From Zancudomyces culisetae HAW-14-8 (taxonomy: Eukaryota; Fungi; Kickxellomycota): DNA of 64,000 bases. Positions 37,394 through 47,461 of the stretch are shown here, piece after piece. Both the position numbers and the translations under genes were made by a program. The stretch covers positions 2,790,001-2,854,000 of the forward strand of contig JBNJNM010000011.1 of assembly GCA_052426225.1 (NCBI GenBank). Direction: 5' to 3'. Under the pieces are notes generated by a model. That model worked only from the letters and a program-made list of their open reading frames with translations, was not told the DNA's origin and did no database searches. The first letter of the stretch is position 1; the number at the start of each line of letters is the position of its first letter.

Positions 37394-37695
37394 TTGATTA
37401 ATTAAAATATAAGAAAAACGACGAAATGAATATATATACTGGTAATAAAAAGAAATCAACCAAGTTTTTAGTTGTTCAAATCTGTATTGGTCAAAAGACC
37501 TGTTAAAAAGCAATAAATGTAATGTTTATTTGTTAAAGGAAAATATAAAACATTGTAAGGCTAGGTTGCGAAATGTAAAAAGTAAACTAGGTTTGACTGT
37601 AAAAATTTTATGCGAAATGCACATGCATTAGCGTATTCTTTGTGTAGATGATCCACAATAAAACTAGCTATTTCTGGTACTTTAGAGAAACTCCA

Positions 37696-38499
37696 CTAAT
37701 TACACCAAGGCAATTCAGTACTTTTTGATGCTGCTGTAGCACTTTTTTTGGCACTAGCACTTTTTTTGGCGCTAGTACCCTTTGCTGTGGACCGCTTCTG
37801 AGGACCACCAGCTGCTGGGTTGGCGCCTGTTGAAGATCCAGTAACGGTTATCTTGGGTCTCTTGTTAAATAGATCAATACCTGTGTTGTAATTTCCCATA
37901 AACTCTCCAACTCTTGGTGTTCCTGGACCATAGTTAGCTACAAGCATTTTGGATCCTGTAAAGCTCTTTGATGTACCTTCAATTTCTACATCCGCACAGT
38001 TCATGTAAAACTCACGGTTTCCACTTGCATTTATCCAGGACCATGCAAAAACGGCACTTTTACTTGATGGTAGACCTGCAGGTAACTTAAAGCTATATGA
38101 AGTCACTTGAGCAACGTTACTACCCTTATTTCCCTTCATGAAACAGTATCTCAAGACATCATTAACTACAACAAAGTTTTTCCCACCGTCATAAGAAAGC
38201 GCAAACTGACAATGTCCACCACTATGAGCGGCACCGCTAGGGTCAAATTTAACAGTAACAGTACTTCCTGCCTTCCATTTTGCTACATTTTTAGAGCTCT
38301 TTTTGCTTGTTTTACATAGGGGTTGCCCTATCTTGTCTGATGTTCCTATAGGTGCCTTTATGCTGTAGTCAACTGGATCGCCTGCTGGGCATTTAGGATT
38401 GTTTGGAGATAAACGTGGACAGGGCTCTATCATAGCCATGTGTGCAGTTGCGCTAGATGCCAAAAGCGAAACCAATGCGATTTTCAAAATGCTAGCCAT
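37696..38499 (-). CDS. Secreted AA11-family (chitin-active) lytic polysaccharide monooxygenase, 267 aa
   Basis: Signal peptide ends SATA/H, exposing an N-terminal His. Second His in AAHSGGHCQFALSYD; FAWSWINASGNREFYMNCADV; low-complexity basic tail. Confidence 0.85.
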   Translation of the reverse strand: MASILKIALVSLLASSATAHMAMIEPCPRLSPNNPKCPAGDPVDYSIKAPIGTSDKIGQPLCKTSKKSSKNVAKWKAGSTVTVKFDPSGAAHSGGHCQFALSYDGGKNFVVVNDVLRYCFMKGNKGSNVAQVTSYSFKLPAGLPSSKSAVFAWSWINASGNREFYMNCADVEIEGTSKSFTGSKMLVANYGPGTPRVGEFMGNYNTGIDLFNKRPKITVTGSSTGANPAAGGPQKRSTAKGTSAKKSASAKKSATAASKSTELPWCN

Positions 38500-38650
38500 T
38501 TTCTACAAAAATTGTTGTTATATGTGTGTTGTTTATTTAGCGAATCTAATGTACGGAATTGCTATGCTTATTGCAATATTTGCTGTTAGTGTGCGTTTGT
38601 CGATAAGTGAAACGATAAAACTACTGTTATATCATAAGCATACCCTTGGG

Positions 38651-38659
38651 TTTTTATAC
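38651..38659 (-). promoter_or_regulatory. TATA box candidate for the LPMO gene
   Basis: GTATAAAAA on the minus strand, about 155 bp upstream of the ATG. Confidence 0.45.
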
Positions 38660-40441
38660 TTTTCCGATTGATTCCTAGTTGTAGTTTAGTATATCATGTA
38701 CTGCATGTTTGAGCTATAATTCTAGCAAAGTCAAAGATACACCAGAAAACTTTTGTAAATATACAGTAGAGCGCTAGGAAAGTCCGTGGCTTGGCCACAA
38801 TAACTGAAAGTAGCTAAAGTATATGGTATAAAGAGTGTGTATATTGGACTGCTATTTAGACTACTCTTTTTACCTTTTCAAAAAAAAGGTTTGCCACAAA
38901 GACCTACAACCCCTATATCCATTCTAAAGCTTTCTTGTGATGCCGAATTGACTGAGTGAGTTGTTTTTTTTTTTGTAGTGCTCCCAGGTATGTGCTACAA
39001 AAGGGCAAGAAAAAATTGGCTAATCGATCCTTATGTTTCCTATTTTTTTTTCAGTGCAAGTAACCTGTCTTTGCACCCCTCTCTAGGCATATACTGCCAG
39101 TATGATCGACGCCTTTAAGTATCAAAGAGTGCTACCAAAAAGAAACACGTAATAGAGCCCGCAATTTATGGATTACAGGCTGGTACTGGGCTTACAATCA
39201 CTACGCGGATCCTGATGGGTTATTAGTGTAAGTCAAAAAACTATTTTGTCTGTTAAGCGCCACCATCACTGATTGCGCGGGGGAGGGGTGGATGATAGGT
39301 AGAGTGCGCGTATTAACGATGTGTCCTCACCCCAGGTATTTTTGTGCTGGTTTACAAACCAATGTTTCGTTCCTAGATCCGAAGTGCTAAAGTGGCCGTA
39401 ACTTAGCGTGTGCATCTACCGCATACAGTACGAACAGAAACGGGTAAGCCAAGCCACGGAAAATATTTTACTGCTTTTTTGCAGTTTTTCATTGCTAATA
39501 GCAAGCAGAAGACCCCAGTACTAAAGCCAGTTGTGTTGTGACTAAATGTTATATGCTAAAGCTTTGTGGTTAGAGTTTGAGGCTACGAGGCTTTTTATTT
39601 TTTTTTCATCCTATAATTGGACTTTTATTCCAATAAAAGCGCCTGCATAAATGTATAATTACTTTAGCAACCCAACGCTTTTATTGAAGCATATCAGTAC
39701 CACATAGAGAGGTAGAGCCTGCTTGCAGTGTTTTTTATACATTGACCACCAGAAGCGTTCTATTGAAGATAGCAAAAAATAATATCCAGATAATAAACAG
39801 GAGCATGGTTCTTTCTGATACATAGCCTTTATTCTATCTCTTGTTCACATCTGGATGTAGCAATTTTCACGCAAATAGCCTTTTGACCATTTTACTCTTG
39901 TCGATGTTTGTAAATAAGCTTCCAAACATCGGCCATTTCATTTCAGTGTGGCTAGGAAATACAATGGTATTAAAATCTACAGATGACACAAATTGAGCTT
40001 AAACTTTTTTTCGTTCTCAATATACCCAAACAACCTATTTTCATTGATACCTTGACATGATTAGTTAACACTACGAAAAAGTACCATGTTTGTCGTTCTC
40101 TTCGATTGAAAATTCAATATATTTGTAGTCACACTAGAATACTGATCGAGTTAAAAGGGCGTTGTTCTGAGTTAGCTGTTTTATATATACAAAACAAAAC
40201 ATAGCCATCATTACTACAAGTAATGTCTACCGCCCAGGAACTTTCACATAGTCCCCACAAAATATCATATACATACAAACCCCCATATGTAAAAAATGAA
40301 TTGATTCAAACTATGGTCCTGTGCCTATACAGTTAACACATTTACTTTTAAACGTATAAGCCCATTTAGCCTTCAAAAAAAAACATTTTTTATTGAAAAG
40401 GTTGCTACAATAACGAAATGAGATACTACGTAGAGAAGAAT

Positions 40442-40936
40442 CTAGAATTGACCACAGTCATCAATGGTGACACGCTTTGAGGTTCTTCCTGATTGGCTTC
40501 CAAAAGATTCAATGGTCTTTACAACATCTTCTCCGGCGATGACCTTTCCGAATACGACGTGCTTTCCATCGAGCCATGAGGTTGGTGCAACAGTGATGAA
40601 GAATTGTGATCCGTTGGTGTTAGGACCAGCGTTGGCCATAGACAATAGGTATGGTCCGGTGTGCTTCAATGTGAAGTTTTCGTCTGGGAACTTGGCACCA
40701 TAGATTGATTTTCCACCAGTTCCGTTGTGGTTGGTGAAGTCACCACCCTGGAGCATGAAACCTGGGATCACTCTGTGGAAGATTGAGCCTCTGTATCCGA
40801 AACCCTTTTCACCTGTACACAAGGCACGGAAGTTTTCAGCGGTTTTTGGTACAACGTTGGCGCTGAGCTCGAATTCTATGCGGCCCAATGAATTGCCATC
40901 GGCTGATACTTCAAAAAAGACTCTTGGGTTTGCCAT
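40442..40936 (-). CDS. CPR1: Cyclophilin A peptidyl-prolyl isomerase, 164 aa
   Basis: [64 protein letters not shown]. Confidence 0.97.
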   Translation of the reverse strand: MANPRVFFEVSADGNSLGRIEFELSANVVPKTAENFRALCTGEKGFGYRGSIFHRVIPGFMLQGGDFTNHNGTGGKSIYGAKFPDENFTLKHTGPYLLSMANAGPNTNGSQFFITVAPTSWLDGKHVVFGKVIAGEDVVKTIESFGSQSGRTSKRVTIDDCGQF

Positions 40937-42425
40937 TGTGATTGTAAGATTTTCCTATTGATAAAACCAATTCTGAAAGGAAAGGATATGAGAGAAAAGT
41001 TTCATACGGAATTCGATGATTTCCTTTTTATACCAAAAATTCCATCTCAAACATGTTTTCCAAAAGTAAATATTGATTTATTGGTATTTGTGACCAATAC
41101 ACTTCTTATTGCCATTGATTCGCATACTCTTTATTCATTTGCTGAATATTTAGCAAGAAAAAGCATGCTTTTACATAAAATCCTGCAATTTTTTTTCCTT
41201 TGGGATAGTTTTTACCCTTCACTTAATATCTACCAATGGTGCTTAGCTTCACAAATTTATCGATAAATTTTGTTTGACTCTGTAATGACGTCTGGTTTGC
41301 AGCTAGACTTAATAAAGAAAAATCCAGACTTTGCAGAATGCAGATAAAAAAAAGTGATAGGCTTACCTATGATTGACTTATTCGCATAAATTAAAAGCAT
41401 GCCTGGCAAATTAAAGCCCCGATGTTCTAAGGCACATAAAAAAATTTTCCGCTTTACACAAATGAGTAACTGCATTTTTCGTTAGGAATTTTTGTGGGTG
41501 TTTGGCAGATAACTCTGGTGTATTTGCCAAAATTGCCCAGGCAGAAATTAGAGCCCATGCTCCGGTCAGCATTTAACAGCTGAAGAGTGCGGTCTCTGAT
41601 ATTTTGGGCTACTGATATGTCATTCCTGCTATGATCCAATGACAAATGGCATACATTCAAATAGCAAAATAACGCCAACATAGAATTGGTTACACACGCA
41701 CAATGTATGCGTGCTTCTTGGTTCTGCCTAGCTAGCTCCATATTAATTATGTATATAGTGAATACTCAGGCTGAATAACACTGAGGCAAGTATAATTTAA
41801 TACAACCAAAGTTAGAATACATCTTGACACATGTGTCCCATAAACAACCCCTCCCCCTCCCCTAGGATTTGATGGCCGCATCTTAATACGCAAGAACTGG
41901 ACCATATCTACTTTTATACTCAAAAGAATGTGTGGAACTTGCACTCAGAACCTTTTCACACCACCACTTTCGCGCCAGTGGTTTATCAAATGCTATATTT
42001 TGCATAAAAAACCGAGAGAAGAAAAAAAAGCATACACCGCTGCTAGTAAAAGTGTGCTGAGTGCCGCGTACCTCCCTCTTTACTATTTGCTTACCTGGCC
42101 ATCAAAGATAGCTGTATTCTCTTACACCTGTCATCAAGTTATTCCCGCTCTACTCTGAATACAAACTGTAACGTCTGACGATTGGTGGCTTCTTATTGAT
42201 AGGATATTTCCGCACTTGGTACCTAAGACTTCAGTGTGTTGTTCTCACGTATAGCTTAGAGGTGTCTGGTAATGTACAAGTATGTTGGTACTGCACAATT
42301 TAACCGTGATACACACTCAAAAAGAAAGGTGCACTAACATAATGGCGCATTTTATTAGAAAGATTCTCTTGCTTCAATAGCGAGAAAACAAGGCAAAACA
42401 AAACATAAGGTATCAAAATAGCTTA

Positions 42426-42800
42426 TCAGAGGTTATTCATGAGTTTATACTCTCTGTAGCCCTTGTAGTAAACAAATAAATTTTCTGCACGACCACCAAG
42501 CTCTGCCGCTACCGCAGCAGTCTTACAGCGAGACCCCCCACCACAATAAAGTACAAGAGGCCTATCTGTGTTATTTTGCTTAGGTTGTTCAAATCCGTAC
42601 TTGGTTTTAAATTCATCTGGCTCAAGCTTCAAGGCAGCAGCGAAATCTGCAGAGGGTAGATTGTGTGCACCTGGAATGAACCCCGCTGCAAATTCATCGG
42701 GACGCCGAACATCGATGAGCAAAGCATTTTTATGTTCGCCACTGACCAGCTCAGAGATGTATTTGTAGTCGACTTCTTTCGCAAAAGCAGGTGTTGACAT
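42426..42800 (-). CDS. Single-domain rhodanese / thiosulfate sulfurtransferase (Rdl1/TSTD-like), 124 aa
   Basis: Likely start MSTPAFAKEV at 42800. Motifs: LLIDVRRPDEFAAGFIPGAHNLP, F..KYGFEQP, active-site loop YCGGGSR, YYKGY.EY. Confidence 0.88.
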   Translation of the reverse strand: MSTPAFAKEVDYKYISELVSGEHKNALLIDVRRPDEFAAGFIPGAHNLPSADFAAALKLEPDEFKTKYGFEQPKQNNTDRPLVLYCGGGSRCKTAAVAAELGGRAENLFVYYKGYREYKLMNNL

Positions 42801-43451
42801 GTTCCCAAATTTAGCTATACTGTGTTTGATTACGCCTAGATTACGAGTGCCTTTTTGAATACTATAAAGCATGATAACAGTTCCAATTTTTTGGGGGTGG
42901 TGTAAATAACAGGACAAATCTGGTGTTTCAACATAGGCTGATGTTTGCAATTCTTGAAACGTGATATTTTGTCAGTTGAACCAGAATAATTGCAGCTAAA
43001 TAGCCACAGATTATAATGACAGTGTAAAATGGTGTTTTAGTACGAGTGAAAACGCAAAATCGTGAGAAAGCTGCAAGGTTTGCCACCAAAAAGTAACTAT
43101 AACTGTAGTGATAGTAGTAGTGGCTGAGACTATATATAGTTCTTGCAGGAATGAAATATTCCAACAAGACCCAAAGCCTAAAATCTTATATTTCAGCATT
43201 TATTTCTTACAAAAAAGGGGTTATACATGTTACTTTATAATCTTAAGTAAAATAAGGGTTACTAAAAATGGTGGTATTCAGCAAACAAATCAAGAACAAC
43301 AAAAATGCGTTGCAAATCTTAGTTGCTGTGTAGTTGACAAGAGTTTGGACCGTCTACATACTTATTATATAAATATGATATATTGGTGGATATGAGTTGT
43401 TTGTAGTATTACACTCAGCTTATGTTTACCAGACCTAGTGGTGGAAATTCT

Positions 43452-44606
43452 TCAAAAGTAAATCTGTGCAACCAATGGGAGTATTGCAAAGATAACATAC
43501 TTTAATAAGTGAGTTCTGTTTATTTCTTTGGCACTAGCTGCACTGTCTGTAACAGTAGGTACTGATAGCACATTGCTGTCGGTCCCAATAGCTGCAAATG
43601 ATTGGGCCGTTTGATCACCTGCAACTGTGGATATGGGACGAAGAGTGAGAGTGCTGGTCAACATATCATTTAGATCTCGTGTCTCCACATCTATCAAATT
43701 GGCTACAACCTTTACAGTAGTATTGACATCAGCCTTTGCTTTGGCGCTGTTTTGACTGTGCTGGCTTGTATGCGCTTCACTGCTTTCATGGGTCTGGTTT
43801 GCCTTCTGGCTTATCTTGCTTTGATCACTTTCGCTGCTCTGTTGGCTTTTATCACTCTTGCTACTTTTTTGTGCTTGAGAAACTTGTTGAGTTTTTTGGG
43901 TACTTGTGCTGGCCTTGGATGATTTATGATCAGCTTCGCTTGCGGTTTTGTGCAAAACTACAGTTTTAAGAGTAGAAACTTTGTTTTTACACCCATTAGC
44001 ATAACAAACTGTTCCTCTGACTGTACAGATACAGAGAGTGCACCCATCGCTCTTGTAAAAGAATTTTTCTCCATGAACTTTCACACATTTGCTATATTTT
44101 TCAAGTGCCTGTGTGCTTGTCACACTTTCAATTGAGGCCTTTTCCTGTCTGTCTGCTTGTTTTGAAGCTTTTATTGTGCCACAAACCATTCCATCTATAG
44201 TGCAATAACACATGGACAAGTTGTTAGTGCTGTTAAAGACGCCATATCCGTTGGTTAACGCACATGCGTTGTATTTTATCCATGACTCAAGTGAGATATC
44301 ACCAAAACTTTTGTTTTTGTTTTCCTTTGACTCAGATGGCTTGCATGATCCCTTCTTGGGGCAATATACTCCGGTTCTACCACAGTAGCATTTTGTACAT
44401 CCATCGCTGTCCAAAAATATACCATACCCGCGCTTTGCGACACAAGAATTGAATAGTGCTCCCTCATCTAGATCAACAATCTTTACAGCTGGCAACCTTA
44501 TGTTACCTAAAGGTGCAAGCCCTACTTCGCGTTTATTCACATCGGCTGCGCTGGTGACGGTAATGGCCAATTTTACTAAAATGGCGTACTTTGCAATAGA
44601 GAACAT
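43452..44606 (-). CDS. Secreted, probably GPI-anchored protein with three pacifastin/VWC-like Cys modules and an S/Q/T-rich stalk, 384 aa
   Basis: N-terminal signal peptide plus KR. Modules C55-C88, C115-C142, C174-C206 (C-x14-C-x2-C-x-C-x3-G-x2-C-x4/5-C). C-terminal small-residue site (DSAASA) followed by a hydrophobic tail. Confidence 0.8.
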   Translation of the reverse strand: MFSIAKYAILVKLAITVTSAADVNKREVGLAPLGNIRLPAVKIVDLDEGALFNSCVAKRGYGIFLDSDGCTKCYCGRTGVYCPKKGSCKPSESKENKNKSFGDISLESWIKYNACALTNGYGVFNSTNNLSMCYCTIDGMVCGTIKASKQADRQEKASIESVTSTQALEKYSKCVKVHGEKFFYKSDGCTLCICTVRGTVCYANGCKNKVSTLKTVVLHKTASEADHKSSKASTSTQKTQQVSQAQKSSKSDKSQQSSESDQSKISQKANQTHESSEAHTSQHSQNSAKAKADVNTTVKVVANLIDVETRDLNDMLTSTLTLRPISTVAGDQTAQSFAAIGTDSNVLSVPTVTDSAASAKEINRTHLLKYVIFAILPLVAQIYF

Positions 44607-47384
44607 AGCTTCAGAATTTTTTTTATAAAACTGTTTCTGGAAATATTGGGATATATTTCTATCGATTCTAATAGCTTTGTGAAGTTATGTTGTTTTAAGT
44701 TTTACTATTTATATCAGTTAACTATCCTAGCTAAAGTTAATAGTATGGCAGGATATATAAAAGAGATTAAGCATAATACTATATGGTTGGTTTTGGAAAA
44801 TATTCGAATATATATATGTACTATTAATAGTACCACTATTTATTGACCATACATAAATATACTATTATGATCCTTATTATTGATACACTTGAACTAGTGT
44901 AATACTAGTAAGCACAAATAATAGTTAGTTTATTAAAGGGATGTGCAAAAGGCAAATTGGAACTCGAAGGTGCAAAATTCGCAGAAAAGTATTTGCAGGT
45001 CTTGTGAGAATACATAAAAACTTTTCTCTAAGCATTTCAATTAAGCCTGAAAATAAATATAATGAAGACGAATTATTCAGACAAAGAATAACAGTGTAAT
45101 CACAATTATATATTTGCGTCGAAAAACCTAGTGCTTTTACCATTGTATCCAAAGAAACAAAAAATAAACCTCGGTACTTTGTATTTCGAGTTGGGATTTT
45201 GTTTTTTTCCAGTTATATTTTGTATCAATTATATAGAGACATTATGTATTACACGTGAAGGCTGAATAATGTTCAGATAAATTGCTAGTTGTTTATGGTA
45301 CAAAAGACGAACCGTCTATTATATAGATCAAATATAAAATTGAAAACCGGCTGACACTAGACACAGTATTGATGTTTGTAAGCTGACTATATTTGTCTGT
45401 ACTGGCATTGTATAATTGCCACTCATGATAAGAAAATCAATCGTTAAATTTTCTTTGGTGGCTTCATTCTTACAGTTAGTCTCAATGTTTTCATACCCAT
45501 CTACAAAGTCGTCAGTTTTTATTACGAATTTATTAAAGAGCGAGCCTCTTCATTTTTATGCTGTTTTCCGGAGGTAAAAAACAATATAAAAGGGAAAGAG
45601 AAGAACAAAAGACATGAAATATTACTCAAAACGAGCGAGGGAAAATAAGAGGGGGGGAATAAATAGCAAACAACCACGGCTCAGATATAGCTGGGATGGC
45701 ACTATTAATAATTTCACACATCATTTAGAACTCTTTCCCAACTATTTTACCGAAAAGAGCCAAAATAAAAAAAAGCATAAATGCAACAGACAAAAGACAA
45801 AGCATGACTGTTCATTCTTTTGTGCAAAATATGATTTATTCGACTCCAAATGGTAGTACACCCACGGTTAAATATGCTAGGAGGGTCTAGCCAAAAAATC
45901 TTTTCCGACTTTTCCCTCGAATACCACCTCTATTCTTTTTTTTAATGATAGCGTTGTTAATTGTAAGGTCAAGATTATTTGCAAATATAAATGAGTGGGA
46001 CCTTAACCGCAAAAAGGATAAAAAGCCTTGGTAAGAGATGGAATTGGTGTGTTTGGTAGTTATATTCACTCAAGAAATCGCAAAAATGCATACTTTAGTG
46101 TGCGATTTGAACAAGGTGAACCAAACCATTGTTTACAGCAAATTGTGTAAATGTACATGTTGCTTTAGAAGGGACTTTTTATTTGTTTGTTTACTTTGTT
46201 TTTACTTTTTTTAAAAAAATGGTTCAAAATTCCCTTGCCTTTGGCATATTTTGGTGTGTACAATATAGACACAGGCAAAGTTCTTATTGGGCAATTTTAT
46301 AGCAACAATACACTTCTGGAACTATGAATAGAGTGTTATGGCTTCAAAGGACGTTTTCAGCATAGAAAAGTTGTAGATAGTAATGAAAAGTGGAGTAGAT
46401 AAAGAGTACTTCTTGAGCGAGAATATAGAGACTAAAGCCGAGGATGGACCAGTGAGGTGTTGTGAGAAATAGTACGATAGAAACAAAGGGTTATAAAGAA
46501 GTTTAAAAAGTGACAACATAGGCTGTGTAAGTGTGAGATGTAGCAGATGAGAGAATATTTCTACAGCTAACCACATGTTTGTTGTGCTTTATCCTTATAT
46601 AAACACACGAGTAAATAAAAAAGATGTTTTGCCAATTTATGAATACTTGAAGCACATGAATAAAAATAATGAGAAAGGGGAGGGAAGGGGAAATAATATT
46701 GAGGATACATACACAAAAAAAGTCATGCCCAAAACATGAATCGGCACTTTTGATTTTCGATGTTGTGCAATTGCCATGTAGTTATTCGCAATACAGTTCT
46801 TAAAATTCTAGAGAGCAATGATTATCAAGATAATACACAAATAGTAAGCTGGTCAATCATGATGCCATTTGATAAAAAATGTTTCTTAAAAAAGAAAAAA
46901 AAACGTTTCTTCTGAAATTTAGAGATGACACAAGATCCACTCTTTTTCATTTGTACTTTAGTAATTCGGTCCATTTTGTGTGAAAAAAAAAAGGTGGTAC
47001 CAGTGGTAATGTGTCAATATATAGTGAGTCGTTGGTGTCGATGTTAGTTTTTGATAGCTATAGAGTATAGATGTTGTGGTTTTACACAGATTTGTATGAG
47101 AATTGGTGAAGGGTGGTACGTGAATGGGTATAGAGAAGAAAGCGTTCTTTTTCATGTATTGTTTTTATCCGGGATTATTATTTCCGAACATAAAGCTGAG
47201 ATGTTACTATCTGGGATATTATCATTATTTGTATACTCACAGCTAACCATGTGGAACATTTGCCTAAAGTGGATACGTCAAGAGGTAGAAAAAAAGACTT
47301 TACGCTATGCTCATGGTGTTGTATTTGAGTAAGAAAAGCGAGGAGGAAAGGATAGGAATCAACAAAAAATGAATCAGCGGTAAC

Positions 47385-47461
47385 AAAAGTCAAAATCAAA
47401 TTCAAAGTCAGAGTCAAAGTCAAAACCAAATGTGGACTGTGGGTTGTGGGTTGTGGATTGT
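47385..47461. repeat. Degenerate 6-mer (gtcaaa) and 7-mer (tgtgggt) tandem repeats
   Basis: aaagtcaaaatcaaattcaaagtcagagtcaaagtcaaa followed by tgtggactgtgggttgtgggttgtggattg. Confidence 0.7.

Noticed and set aside
41454-41741. 95-aa ORF between cyclophilin and rhodanese
   Set aside because: No motifs or coding-like bias; lies in the probable cyclophilin upstream region.
42090-42100. CTTACCTGGC resembling the U1 snRNA 5' end (also at about 56515)
   Set aside because: No U1 stem-loops or U1-70K/U1A loop motifs downstream. It could equally be a minus-strand donor-like site, with no supporting exon.
42801-42950. N-terminal extension of the rhodanese ORF in the ORF track
   Set aside because: It starts at a non-ATG codon and lacks domain similarity; the ATG at 42800 gives a typical single-domain rhodanese.
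46338-46580. Purine-rich stretch reading like a stop-interrupted ORF (MASKDVFSIEKL*IVMKSGVDKEYF...)
   Set aside because: No recognisable family; cannot be supported as a pseudogene without a homology search.
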